64,000 nt of DNA from Auanema rhodensis (lineage: Eukaryota; Animalia; Nematoda). The notes beneath the pieces are model-generated. The model was not told the origin of the DNA. It worked only from the letters and a program-made list of their open reading frames with translations, and did not search any database. Below are positions 12,273-27,500 of the stretch, piece after piece (the first letter of the stretch is position 1; every line of letters begins with the position of its first letter). The position numbers and the translations under genes are program-made. The stretch covers positions 23,002,001 through 23,066,000 of the forward strand of contig OZ059895.1 in NCBI GenBank assembly GCA_964057225.1, written 5' to 3'.

Positions 12273-15077
12273 CAAAATGTTTTTGGAAGCAATGTTGAGT
12301 GTACATGGAAACTCAACATACACTAATGCATCATTTTTCAAACGATCATAACTAATTTTTGTATTAAGCGTTTCTCAATGTAGTATAGTGCATTCGATGC
12401 GGATTTTTAAGCTGCGTCGATCTGTGTTATCAGATCTGCGCTAGCTTAAAAATGCACCGAGATATCAACTGATATAAGTTCACACTTATATCCTCGATTT
12501 TCACCCTGAAGAATTAGTTTTTTTGTTGAAAAACATTGTCCATCGTCTTTGCCTTGAAAAAAGGAATCTAAAAACATCTACTTTTGCTAAATTATTTTGA
12601 AATTTTTCGAAAAAATTTTTGTCAAAATGTTTTTGGAAGCAATGTAGAGTGTACATGGAAACTCAACATACACTAATGCATCATTTTTCAAACGATCATA
12701 ACTAATTTTTGTATTAAGCGTTTCTCAATGTAGTATAGTGCATTCGATGCGGATTTTTAAGCTGCGTCGATCTGTGTTATCAGATTTGCGCTAGCTTGAA
12801 TATGCACCGAGATATCAACTGAGATATGTTCACACTTATATCCTCGATTTTCACCCTGAAGAATTGATTTTTTCGTTGAATAACATTGTCCATCGTCTTT
12901 GCCTTGAAAAAAGGAATCTAAAAACATCTACTTTTGCTAAATTATTTTGAAATTTCTCGAAAAAAGTTTTGTCAAAATGTTTTTGGAAGCAATGTTGAGT
13001 GTACATGGAAACTCAACATACACTAATGCATCATTTTTCAAACGATCATAACTAATTTTTGTATTAAGCGTTTCTCAATGTAGTATAGTGCATTTGATGC
13101 GGAATTTTAAGCTGCGTCGATCTGTGTTATCAGATTTGCGCTAGCTTAAAAATGCACCGAGATATCAACTGATATAAGTTCACACTTATATCCTCGATTT
13201 TCACCCTGAAGAATTAATTTTTTCGTTGAATAACAATGTCCATCGTCTTTGCCTTGAAAAAAGAAATCCAAAAACATCTACTTTTTGCTAAATTATTTTG
13301 AAATTTTTCGAAAAAATTTTTGTCAAAATGTTTTTGGAAGCAATGTTGAGTGTACATGGAAACTCAACATACACTAATGCATAATTTTTCAAACGATCAT
13401 AACTAATTTTTGTATTAAGCGTTTCTCAATGTAGTATAGTGCATTTGATGCGGAATTTTAAGCTGCGTCGATCTGTGTTATCAGATTTGCGCTAGCTTAA
13501 AAATGCACCGAGATATCAACTGATATAAGTTCACACTTATATCCTCGATTTTCACCCTGAAGAATTAATTTTTTCGTTGAATAACATTGTCCATCGTCTT
13601 TGCCTCAAAAAAAGGAATCTAAAAACATCTACTTTTGCTAAATTATATTGAAATTTTTCGAAAAAATTTTTGTCAAAATGTTTTTGGAAGCAATGTTGAG
13701 TGTACATGGAAACTCAACATACACTAATGCATAATTTTTCAAACGATCATAACTAATTTTTGTATTAAGCGTTTATCAATGTAGTATAGTGCATTCGATG
13801 CGGATTTTTAAGCTGCGTCGATCTGTGTTATCAGATTTGCGCTAGCTTAAAAATGCACCGAGATATCAACTGATATAAGTTCACACTTATATCCTCGATT
13901 TTCACCCTGAAGAATTAATTTTTTCGTTGAATAACAATGTCCATCGTCTTTGCCTTGAAAAAAGGAATCTAAAAACATCTACTTTTTGCTAAATTATATT
14001 GAAATTTTTCGAAAAAATTTTTGTCAAAATGTTTTTGGAAGCAATGTTAAGTGTACATGGAAACTCAACATACACTAATGCATCATTTTTCAAACGATCA
14101 TAAACAATTTTTGTATTAAGCGTTTCTCAATGTAGTATAGTGCAATCGATGCGGATTTTTAAGCTGCGTCGATCTGTGTTATCAGATTTGCGCTAGCTTA
14201 AAAATGCACCGAGATATCAACTGATATAAGTTCACACTTATATCCTCGATTTTCACCCTGAAGAATTAATTTTTTCGTTGAATAACATTGTCCATCGTCT
14301 TTGCCTTGAAAAAAGGAATCTAAAAACATCTACTTTTTGCTAAATTATATTGAAATTTTTCGAAAAAATTTTTGTCAAAATGTTTTTGGAAGCAATGTTG
14401 AGTGTACATGGAAACTCAACATACACTAATGCATCATTTTTCAAACGATCATAACTAATTTTTGTATTAAGCGTTTCTCAATGTAGTATAGTGCATTCGA
14501 TGCGGATTTTTAAGCTGCGTCGATCTGTGTTATCAGATCTGCGCTAGCTTAAAAATGCACCGAGATATCAACTGATATAAGTTCACACTTATATCCTCGA
14601 TTTTCACCCTGAAGAATTAGTTTTTTTGTTGAAAAACATTGTCCATCGTCTTTGCCTTGAAAAAAGGAATCTAAAAACATCTACTTTTTGCTAATATATA
14701 TTGAAATTTTTCGAAAAAATTTTTGTCAAAATGTTTTTGGAAGCAATGTAGAGTGTACATGGAAATTCAACATACACTAATGCATCATTTTTCAAACGAT
14801 CATAACTAATTTTTGTATTAAGCGTTTCTCAATGTAGTATAGTGCATTCGATGCGGATTTTTAAGCTGCGTCGATCTGTGTTATCAGATTTGCGCTAGCT
14901 TAAAAATGCACCGAGATATCAACTGATATAAGTTCACACTTATATCCTCGATTTTCACCCTGAAGAATTAATTTTTTCGTTGAATAACAATGTCCATCGT
15001 CTTTGCCTTGAAAAAAGGAATCTAAAAACATCTACTTTTTGCTAAATTATATTGAAATTTTTCGAAAAAATTTTTGT

Positions 15078-18000
15078 CAAAATGTTTTTGGAAGCAATGT
15101 TAAGTGTACATGGAAACTCAACATACACTAATGCATCATTTTTCAAACGATCATAAACAATTTTTGTATTAAGCGTTTCTCAATGTAGTATAGTGCAATC
15201 GATGCGGATTTTTAAGCTGCGTCGATCTGTGTTATCAGATTTGCGCTAGCTTAAAAATGCACCGAGATATCAACTGATATAAGTTCACACTTATATCCTC
15301 GATTTTCACCCTGAAGAATTAATTTTTTCGTTGAATAACATTGTCCATCGTCTTTGCTTTGAAAAAAGGAATCTAAAAACATCTACTTTTTGCTAAATTA
15401 TATTGAAATTTTTCGAAAAAATTTTTGTCAAAATGTTTTTGGAAGCAATGTTGAGTGTACATGGAAACTCAACATACACTAATGCATCATTTTTCAAACG
15501 ATCATAACTAATTTTTGTATTAAGCGTTTCTCAATGTAGTATAGTGCATTCGATGCGGATTTTTAAGCTGCGTCGATCTGTGTTATCAGATCTGCGCTAG
15601 CTTAAAAATGCACCGAGATATCAACTGATATAAGTTCACACTTATATCCTCGATTTTCACCCTGAAGAATTAGTTTTTTTGTTGAAAAACATTGTCCATC
15701 GTCTTTGCCTTGAAAAAAGGAATCTAAAAACATCTACTTTTTGCTAATATATATTGAAATTTTTCGAAAAAATTTTTGTCAAAATGTTTTTGGAAGCAAT
15801 GTAGAGTGTACATGGAAACTCAACATACACTAATGCATCATTTTTCAAACGATCATAACTAATTTTTGTATTAAGCGTTTCTCAATGTAGTATAGTGCAT
15901 TCGATGCGGATTTTTAAGCTGCGTCGATCTGTGTTATCAGATTTGCGCTAGCTTGAATATGCACCGAGATATCAACTGAGATATGTTCACACTTATATCC
16001 TCGATTTTCACCCTGAAGAATTGATTTTTTCGTTGAATAACATTGTCCATCGTCTTTGCCTTGAAAAAAGGAATCTAAAAACATCTACTTTTGCTAAATT
16101 ATTTTGAAATTTCTCGAAAAAAGTTTTGTCAAAATGTTTTTGGAAGCAATGTTGAGTGTACATGGAAACTCAACATACACTAATGCATAATTTTTCAAAC
16201 GATCATAACTAATTTTTGTATTAAGCGTTTCTCAATGTAGTATAGTGCATTCGATGCGGATTTTTAAGCTGCGTCGATCTGTGTTATCAGATTTGCGCTA
16301 GCTTAAAAATGCCCCGAGATATCAACTGATATAAGTTCACACTTATTTCCTCGATTTTCACCCTGAAGAATTAATTTTTTCGTTGAATAACATTGTCCAT
16401 CGTCTTTGCCTTAAAAAAAGGAATTCAAAAACATCTACTTTTTGCTAAATTATATTGAAATTTTTCGAAAAAATTTTTGTCAAAATGTTTTTGGAAGCAA
16501 TGTTGAGTGTACATGGAAACTCAACATACACTAATGCATCATTTTTCAAACGATCATAACTAATTTTTGTATTAAGCGTTTCTCAATGTAGTATAGTGCA
16601 TTCGATGCGGATTTTTAAGCTGCGTCGATCTGTGTTATCAGATTTGCGCTAGCTTAAAAATGCACCGAGATATCAACTGAGATATGTTCACACTTATATC
16701 CTCGATTTTCACCCTGAAGAATTGATTTTTTCGTTGAATAACATTGTCCATCGTCTTTGCCTTGAAAAAAGGAATCTAAAAACATCTACTTTTGCTAAAT
16801 TATTTTGAAATTTCTCGAAAAAAGTTTTGTCAAAATGTTTTTGGAAGCAATGTTGAGTGTACATGGAAACTCAACATACACTAATGCATAATTTTTCAAA
16901 CGATCATAACTAATTTTTGTATTAAGCGTTTCTCAATGTAGTATAGTGCATTCGATGCGGATTTTTAAGCTGCGTCGATCTGTGTTATCAGATTTGCGCT
17001 AGCTTAAAAATGCCCCGAGATATCAACTGATATAAGTTCACACTTATTTCCTCGATTTTCACCCTGAAGAATTAATTTTTTCGTTGAATAACATTGTCCA
17101 TCGTCTTTGCCTTAAAAAAAGGAATTCAAAAACATCTACTTTTTGCTAAATTATATTGAAATTTTTCGAAAAAATTTTTGTCAAAATGTTTTTGGAAGCA
17201 ATGTTGAGTGTACATGGAAACTCAACATACACTAATGCATCATTTTTCAAACGATCATAACTAATTTTTGTATTAAGCGTTTCTCAATGTAGTATAGTGC
17301 ATTCGATGCGGATTTTTAAGCTGCGTCGATCTGTGTTATCAGATTTGCGCTAGCTTAAAAATGCACCGAGATATCAACTGATATAAGTTCACACTTATAT
17401 CCTCGATTTTCACCCTAAAGAATTAATTTTTTCGTTGAATAACATTGTCCATCGTCTTTGCCTTGAAAAAAGGAATCTATAAACATCTACTTTTTGCTAA
17501 ATTATTTTGAAATTTTTTCAAAAAATTTTTGTCAAAATGTTTTTGGAAGCTATGTTGAGTGTACATGGAAACTCAACATACACTAATGCATAATTTTTCA
17601 AACGATCATAACTAACTTTTGTATTAAGCGTTTCTCAATGTAGTATAGTGCATTCGATGCGGATTTTTAAGCTGCGTCGATCTGTGTTATCAGATTTGCG
17701 CTAGCTTAAAAATGCACCGAGATATCAACTGATATAAGTTCACACTTATATCCTCGATTTTCACCCTGAAGAATTAATTTTTTCGTTGAATAACAATGTC
17801 CATCGTCTTTGCCTTGAAAAAAGGAATCCAAAAACATCTACTTTTCGCTAAATTATTTTGAAATTTTTCGAAAAAATTTTTGTCAAAATGTTTTTGGAAG
17901 CAATGTTGAGTGTACATGGAAACTAAACATACACTAATGCATCATTTTTCAAACGATCATAACTAATTTTTCTATAAAGCGTTTCTCAATGTAGTATAGT

Positions 18001-21000
18001 GCATTCGATGCGGATTTTTAAGCTGCGTCGATCTGTGTTATCAGATTTGCGCTAGCTTAAAAATGCACCGAGATATCAACTGATATAAGTTCACACTTAT
18101 ATCCTCGATTTTCACCCTAAAGAATTAATTTTTTCGTTGAATAACAATGTCCATTGTCTTTGCCTTGAAAAAAGGAATCCAAAAACATCTACTTTTCGCT
18201 AAATTATTTTGAAATTTTTCGAAAAAATTTTTGTCAAAATGTTTTTGGAAGCAATGTTGAGTGTACATGGAAACTCAACATACACTAATGCATCATTTTT
18301 CAAACGATCATAACTAATTTTTCTATAAAGCGTTTCTCAATGTAGTATAGTGCATTCGATGCGGATTTTTAAGCTGCGTCGATCTGTGTTATCAGAGATT
18401 TGCGCTAGCTTAAAAATGCACCGAGATATCAACTGATATAAGTTCACACTTATATCCTCGATTTTCACCCTAAAGAATTAATTTTTTCGTTGAATAACAT
18501 TGTCCATCGTCTTTGCCTTGAAAAAAGGAATCTATAAACATCTACTTTTTGCTAAATTATTTTGAAATTTTTTGAAAAAATTTTTGTCAAAATGTTTTTG
18601 GAAGCTATGTTGAGTGTACATGGAAACTCAACATACACTAATGCATAATTTTTCAAACGATCATAACTAATTTTTGTATTAAGCGTTTCTCAATGTAGTA
18701 TAGTGCATTCGATGCGGATTTTTAAGCTGCGTCGATCTGTGTTATCAGATTTGCGCTAGCTTAAAAATGCACCGAGATATCAACTGATATAAGTTCACAC
18801 TTATATCCTCGATTTTCACCCTGAAGAATTAATTTTTTCGTTGAATAACAATGTCCATCGTCTTTGCCTTGAAAAAAGGAATCCAAAAACATCTACTTTT
18901 CGCTAAATTATTTTGAAATTTTTCGAAAAAATTTTTGTCAAAATGTTTTTGGAAGCAATGTTGAGTGTACATGGAAACTAAACATACACTAATGCATCAT
19001 TTTTCAAACGATCATAACTAATTTTTCTATAAAGCGTTTCTCAATGTAGTATAGTGCATTCGATGCGGATTTTTAAGCTGCGTCGATCTGTGTTATCAGA
19101 TTTGCGCTAGCTTAAAAATGCACCGAGATATCAACTGATATAAGTTCACACTTATATCCTCGATTTTCACCCTAAAGAATTAATTTTTTCGTTGAATAAC
19201 AATGTCCATTGTCTTTGCCTTGAAAAAAGGAATCCAAAAACATCTACTTTTCGCTAAATTATTTTGAAATTTTTCGAAAAAATTTTTGTCAAAATGTTTT
19301 TGGAAGCAATGTTGAGTGTACATGGAAACTCAACATACACTAATGCATCATTTTTCAAACGATCATAACTAATTTTTCTATAAAGCGTTTCTCAATGTAG
19401 TATAGTGCATTCGATGCGGATTTTTAAGCTGCGTCGATCTGTGTTATCAGAGATTTGCGCTAGCTTAAAAATGCACCGAGATATCAACTGATATAAGTTC
19501 ACACTTATATCCTCGATTTTCACCCTGAAGAATGTATTTTTTCGTTGAATAACAATGTCCATCGTCTTTGCCTTGAAAAAAGGAATCCAAAAACATCTAC
19601 TTTTCGCTAAATTATTTTGAAATTTTTCGAAAAAATTTTTGTTAAAATGTTTTTGGAAGCAATGTTGAGTGTACATGGAAACTCAACATACACTAATGCA
19701 TAATTTTTCAAACGATCATAACTAATTTTTGTATTAAGCGTTTCTCAATGTAGTATAGTGCATTTGATGCGGAATTTTAAGCTGCGTCGATCTGTGTTAT
19801 CAGATTTGCGCTAGCTTAAAAATGCACCGAGATATCAACTGATATAAGTTCACACTTATATCCTCGATTTTCACCCTGAAGAATTAATTTTTTCGTTGAA
19901 TAACAATGTCCATCGTCTTTGCCTTGAAAAAAGGAATCTAAAAACATCTACTTTTTGCTAAATTATATTGAAATTTTTCGAAAAAATTTTTGTCAAAATG
20001 TTTTTGGAAGCAATGTTAAGTGTACATGGAAACTCAACATACACTAATGCATCATTTTTCAAACGATCATAAACAATTTTTGTATTAAGCGTTTCTCAAT
20101 GTAGTATAGTGCAATCGATGCGGATTTTTAAGCTGCGTCGATCTGTGTTATCAGATTTGCGCTAGCTTAAAAATGCACCGAGATATCAACTGATATAAGT
20201 TCACACTTATATCCTCGATTTTCACCCTGAAGAATTAATTTTTTCGTTGAATAACATTGTCCATCGTCTTTGCTTTGAAAAAAGGAATCTAAAAACATCT
20301 ACTTTTTGCTAAATTATATTGAAATTTTTCGAAAAAATTTTTGTCAAAATGTTTTTGGAAGCAATGTTGAGTGTACATGGAAACTCAACATACACTAATG
20401 CATCATTTTTCAAACGATCATAACTAATTTTTGTATTAAGCGTTTCTCAATGTAGTATAGTGCATTCGATGCGGATTTTTAAGCTGCGTCGATCTGTGTT
20501 ATCAGATCTGCGCTAGCTTAAAAATGCACCGAGATATCAACTGATATAAGTTCACACTTATATCCTCGATTTTCACCCTGAAGAATTAGTTTTTTTGTTG
20601 AAAAACATTGTCCATCGTCTTTGCCTTGAAAAAAGGAATCTAAAAACATCTACTTTTTGCTAATATATATTGAAATTTTTCGAAAAAATTTTTGTCAAAA
20701 TGTTTTTGGAAGCAATGTAGAGTGTACATGGAAACTCAACATACACTAATGCATCATTTTTCAAACGATCATAACTAATTTTTGTATTAAGCGTTTCTCA
20801 ATGTAGTATAGTGCATTCGATGCGGATTTTTAAGCTGCGTCGATCTGTGTTATCAGATTTGCGCTAGCTTGAATATGCACCGAGATATCAACTGAGATAT
20901 GTTCACACTTATATCCTCGATTTTCACCCTGAAGAATTGATTTTTTCGTTGAATAACATTGTCCATCGTCTTTGCCTTGAAAAAAGGAATCTAAAAACAT

Positions 21001-24000
21001 CTACTTTTGCTAAATTATTTTGAAATTTCTCGAAAAAAGTTTTGTCAAAATGTTTTTGGAAGCAATGTTGAGTGTACATGGAAACTCAACATACACTAAT
21101 GCATAATTTTTCAAACGATCATAACTAATTTTTGTATTAAGCGTTTCTCAATGTAGTATAGTGCATTCGATGCGGATTTTTAAGCTGCGTCGATCTGTGT
21201 TATCAGATTTGCGCTAGCTTAAAAATGCCCCGAGATATCAACTGATATAAGTTCACACTTATTTCCTCGATTTTCACCCTGAAGAATTAATTTTTTCGTT
21301 GAATAACATTGTCCATCGTCTTTGCCTTAAAAAAAGGAATTCAAAAACATCTACTTTTTGCTAAATTATATTGAAATTTTTCGAAAAAATTTTTGTCAAA
21401 ATGTTTTTGGAAGCAATGTTGAGTGTACATGGAAACTCAACATACACTAATGCATCATTTTTCAAACGATCATAACTAATTTTTGTATTAAGCGTTTCTC
21501 AATGTAGTATAGTGCATTCGATGCGGATTTTTAAGCTGCGTCGATCTGTGTTATCAGATTTGCGCTAGCTTAAAAATGCACCGAGATATCAACTGATATA
21601 AGTTCACACTTATATCCTCGATTTTCACCCTAAAGAATTAATTTTTTCGTTGAATAACATTGTCCATCGTCTTTGCCTTGAAAAAAGGAATCTATAAACA
21701 TCTACTTTTTGCTAAATTATTTTGAAATTTTTTCAAAAAATTTTTGTCAAAATGTTTTTGGAAGCTATGTTGAGTGTACATGGAAACTCAACATACACTA
21801 ATGCATAATTTTTCAAACGATCATAACTAACTTTTGTATTAAGCGTTTCTCAATGTAGTATAGTGCATTCGATGCGGATTTTTAAGCTGCGTCGATCTGT
21901 GTTATCAGATTTGCGCTAGCTTAAAAATGCACCGAGATATCAACTGATATAAGTTCACACTTATATCCTCGATTTTCACCCTGAAGAATTAATTTTTTCG
22001 TTGAATAACAATGTCCATCGTCTTTGCCTTGAAAAAAGGAATCCAAAAACATCTACTTTTCGCTAAATTATTTTGAAATTTTTCGAAAAAATTTTTGTCA
22101 AAATGTTTTTGGAAGCAATGTTGAGTGTACATGGAAACTAAACATACACTAATGCATCATTTTTCAAACGATCATAACTAATTTTTCTATAAAGCGTTTC
22201 TCAATGTAGTATAGTGCATTCGATGCGGATTTTTAAGCTGCGTCGATCTGTGTTATCAGATTTGCGCTAGCTTAAAAATGCACCGAGATATCAACTGATA
22301 TAAGTTCACACTTATATCCTCGATTTTCACCCTAAAGAATTAATTTTTTCGTTGAATAACAATGTCCATTGTCTTTGCCTTGAAAAAAGGAATCCAAAAA
22401 CATCTACTTTTCGCTAAATTATTTTGAAATTTTTCGAAAAAATTTTTGTCAAAATGTTTTTGGAAGCAATGTTGAGTGTACATGGAAACTCAACATACAC
22501 TAATGCATCATTTTTCAAACGATCATAACTAATTTTTCTATAAAGCGTTTCTCAATGTAGTATAGTGCATTCGATGCGGATTTTTAAGCTGCGTCGATCT
22601 GTGTTATCAGAGATTTGCGCTAGCTTAAAAATGCACCGAGATATCAACTGATATAAGTTCACACTTATATCCTCGATTTTCACCCTAAAGAATTAATTTT
22701 TTCGTTGAATAACATTGTCCATCGTCTTTGCCTTGAAAAAAGGAATCTATAAACATCTACTTTTTGCTAAATTATTTTGAAATTTTTTGAAAAAATTTTT
22801 GTCAAAATGTTTTTGGAAGCTATGTTGAGTGTACATGGAAACTCAACATACACTAATGCATAATTTTTCAAACGATCATAACTAATTTTTGTATTAAGCG
22901 TTTCTCAATGTAGTATAGTGCATTCGATGCGGATTTTTAAGCTGCGTCGATCTGTGTTATCAGATTTGCGCTAGCTTAAAAATGCACCGAGATATCAACT
23001 GATATAAGTTCACACTTATATCCTCGATTTTCACCCTGAAGAATTAATTTTTTCGTTGAATAACAATGTCCATCGTCTTTGCCTTGAAAAAAGGAATCCA
23101 AAAACATCTACTTTTCGCTAAATTATTTTGAAATTTTTCGAAAAAATTTTTGTCAAAATGTTTTTGGAAGCAATGTTGAGTGTACATGGAAACTAAACAT
23201 ACACTAATGCATCATTTTTCAAACGATCATTACTAATTTTTCTATAAAGCGTTTCTCAATGTAGTATAGTGCATTCGATGCGGATTTTTAAGCTGCGTCG
23301 ATCTGTGTTATCAGATTTGCGCTAGCTTAAAAATGCACCGAGATATCAACTGATATAAGTTCACACTTATATCCTCGATTTTCACCCTAAAGAATTAATT
23401 TTTTCGTTGAATAACAATGTCCATTGTCTTTGCCTTGAAAAAAGGAATCCAAAAACATCTACTTTTCGCTAAATTATTTTGAAATTTTTCGAAAAAATTT
23501 TTGTCAAAATGTTTTTGGAAGCAATGTTGAGTGTACATGGAAACTCAACATACACTAATGCATCATTTTTCAAACGATCATAACTAATTTTTCTATAAAG
23601 CGTTTCTCAATGTAGTATAGTGCATTCGATGCGGATTTTTAAGCTGCGTCGATCTGTGTTATCAGAGATTTGCGCTAGCTTAAAAATGCACCGAGATATC
23701 AACTGATATAAGTTCACACTTATATCCTCGATTTTCACCCTGAAGAATTAATTTTTTCGTTGAATAACAATGTCCATCGTCTTTGCCTTGAAAAAAGGAA
23801 TCCAAAAACATCTACTTTTCGCTAAATTATTTTGAAATTTTTCGAAAAAATTTTTGTCAAAATGTTTTTGGAAGCAATGTTGAGTGTACATGGAAACTAA
23901 ACATACACTAATGCATCATTTTTCAAACGATCATTACTAATTTTTCTATAAAGCGTTTCTCAATGTAGTATAGTGCATTCGATGCGGATTTTTAAGCTGC

Positions 24001-24561
24001 GTCGATCTGTGTTATCAGATTTGCGCTAGCTTAAAAATGCACCGAGATATCAACTGATATAAGTTCACACTTATATCCTCGATTTTCACCCTAAAGAATT
24101 AATTTTTTCGTTGAATAACAATGTCCATTGTCTTTGCCTTGAAAAAAGGAATCCAAAAACATCTACTTTTCGCTAAATTATTTTGAAATTTTTCGAAAAA
24201 ATTTTTGTCAAAATGTTTTTGGAAGCAATGTTGAGTGTACATGGAAACTCAACATACACTAATGCATCATTTTTCAAACGATCATAACTAATTTTTCTAT
24301 AAAGCGTTTCTCAATGTAGTATAGTGCATTCGATGCGGATTTTTAAGCTGCGTCGATCTGTGTTATCAGAGATTTGCGCTAGCTTAAAAATGCACCGAGA
24401 TATCAACTGATATAAGTTCACACTTATATCCTCGATTTTCACCCTGAAGAATGTATTTTTTCGTTGAATAACAATGTCCATCGTCTTTGCCTTGAAAAAA
24501 GGAATCCAAAAACATCTACTTTTCGCTAAATTATTTTGAAATTTTTCGAAAAAATTTTTGT
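15078..24561 (+). repeat. 14-monomer duplication (~4916-4919-bp offset), each copy with a different internal 2-mer expansion
   Basis: The 'tgctttgaa' monomer occurs at 15078 and 19994. The 'actaacttt' monomer occurs at 17533 and 21748. The 'gaatgtatt' plus AG-insertion monomer occurs at 19290 and 24209. Confidence 0.85.
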
Positions 24562-27500
24562 TAAAATGTTTTTGGAAGCAATGTTGAGTGTACATGGAAA
24601 CTCAACATACACTAATGCATAATTTTTCAAACGATCATAACTAATTTTTGTATTAAGCGTTTCTCAATGTAGTATAGTGCATTTGATGCGGAATTTTAAG
24701 CTGCGTCGATCTGTGTTATCAGATTTGCGCTAGCTTAAAAATGCACCGAGATATCAACTGATATAAGTTCACACTTATATCCTCGATTTTCACCCTGAAG
24801 AATTAATTTTTTCGTTGAATAACATTGTCCATCGTCTTTGCCTTGAAAAAAGGAATCTATAAACATCTACTTTTTGCTAAATTATTTTGAAATTTTTTGA
24901 AAAAATTTTTGTCAAAATGTTTTTGGAAGCTATGTTGAGTGTACATGGAAACTCAACATACACTAATGCATCATTTTTCAAACGATCATAACTAATTTTT
25001 GTATTAAGCGTTTCTCAATGTAGTATAGTGCATTCGATGCGGATTTTTAAGCTGCGTCGATCTGTGTTATCAGATTTGCGCTAGCTTAAAAATGCACCGA
25101 GATATCAACTGATATAAGTTCACACTTATATCCTCGATTTTCACCCTAAAGAATTAATTTTTTCGTCGAATAACATTGTCCATCGTCTTTGCCTTGAAAA
25201 AAGGAATCTATAAACATCTACTTTTTGCTAAATTATTTTGAAATTTTTTGAAAAAATTTTTGTCAAAATGTTTTTGGAAGCTATGTTGAGTGTACATGGA
25301 ACAACATACACTAATGCATAATTTTTCAAACGATCATAACTAATTTTTGTATTAAGCGTTTCTCAATGTAGTATAGTGCATTCGATGCGGATTTTTAAGC
25401 TGCGTCGATCTGTGTTATCAGATTTGCGCTAGCTTAAAAATGCACCGAGATATCAACTGATATATGTTCACACTTATATCCTCGATTTTCACCCTAAAGA
25501 ATTAATTTTTTCGTTGAATAACATTGTCCATCGTCTTTGCCTTGAAAAAAGGAATCTATAAACATCTACTTTTTGCTAAATTATTTTGAAATTTTTTGAA
25601 AAAATTTTTGTCAAAATGTTTTTGGAAGCTATGTTGAGTGTACATGGAAACTCAACATACACTAATGCATAATTTTTCAAACGATCATAACTAATTTTTG
25701 TATTAAGCGTTTCTCAATGTAGTATAGTGCATTTGATGCGGAATTTTAAGCTGCGTCGATCTGTGTTATCAGATTTGCGCTAGCTTAAAAATGCACTGAG
25801 ATATCAACTGATATAAGTTCACACTTATATCCTCGATTTTCACCCTGAAGAATTAATTTTTTCGTTGAATAACAATGTCCATCGTCTTTGCCTTGAAAAA
25901 AGGAATCCAAAAACATCTACTTTTCGCTAAATTATTTTGAAATTTTTCGAAAAAATTTTTGTCAAAATGTTTTTGGAAGCAATGTTGAGTGTACATGGAA
26001 ACTAAACATACACTAATGCATCATTTTTCAAACGATCATAACTAATTTTTCTATAAAGCGTTTCTCAATGTAGTATAGTGCATTCGATGCGGATTTTTAA
26101 GCTGCGTCGATCTGTGTTATCAGATTTGCGCTAGCTTAAAAATGCACCGAGATATCAACTGATATAAGTTCACACTTATATCCTCGATTTTCACCCTGAA
26201 GAATGTATTTTTTCGTTGAATAACAATGTCCATCGTCTTTGCCTTGAAAAAAGGAATCCAAAAACATCTACTTTTCGCTAAATTATTTTGAAATTTTTCG
26301 AAAAAATTTTTGTTAAAATGTTTTTGGAAGCAATGTTGAGTGTACATGGAAACTCAACATACACTAATGCATAATTTTTCAAACGATCATAACTAATTTT
26401 TGTATTAAGCGTTTCTCAATGTAGTATAGTGCATTTGATGCGGAATTTTAAGCTGCGTCGATCCGTGTTATCAGATTTGCGCTAGCTTAAAAATGCACCG
26501 AGATATCAACTGATATAAGTTCACACTTATATCCTCGATTTTCACCCTGAAGAATTAATTTTTTCGTTGAATAACATTGTCCATCGTCTTTGCCTTGAAA
26601 AAAGAAATCTATAAACATCTACTTTTTGCTAAATTATTTTGAAATTTTTTGAAAAAATTTTTGTCAAAATGTTTTTGGAAGCTATGTTGAGTGTACATGG
26701 AAACTCAACATACACTAATGCATAATTTTTCAAACGATCATAACTAATTTTTGTATTAAGCGTTTCTCAATGTAGTATAGTGCATTCGATGCGGATTTTT
26801 AAGCTGCGTCGATCTGTGTTATCAGATTTGCGCTAGCTTAAAAATGCACCGAGATATCAACTGATATAAGTTCACACTTATATCCTCGATTTTCACCCTG
26901 AAGAATTAATTTTTTCGTTGAATAACAATGTCCATCGTCTTTGCCTTGAAAAAAGGAATCCAAAAACATCTACTTTTCGCTAAATTATTTTGAAATTTTT
27001 CGAAAAAATTTTTGTCAAAATGTTTTTGGAAGCAATGTTGAGTGTACATGGAAACTAAACATACACTAATGCATCATTTTTCAAACGATCATAACTAATT
27101 TTTCTATAAAGCGTTTCTCAATGTAGTATAGTGCATTCGATGCGGATTTTTAAGCTGCGTCGATCTGTGTTATCAGATTTGCGCTAGCTTAAAAATGCAC
27201 CGAGATATCAACTGATATAAGTTCACACTTATATCCTCGATTTTCACCCTAAAGAATTAATTTTTTCGTTGAATAACAATGTCCATTGTCTTTGCCTTGA
27301 AAAAAGGAATCCAAAAACATCTACTTTTCGCTAAATTATTTTGAAATTTTTCGAAAAAATTTTTGTCAAAATGTTTTTGGAAGCAATGTTGAGTGTACAT
27401 GGAAACTCAACATACACTAATGCATCATTTTTCAAACGATCATAACTAATTTTTCTATAAAGCGTTTCTCAATGTAGTATAGTGCATTCGATGCGGATTT

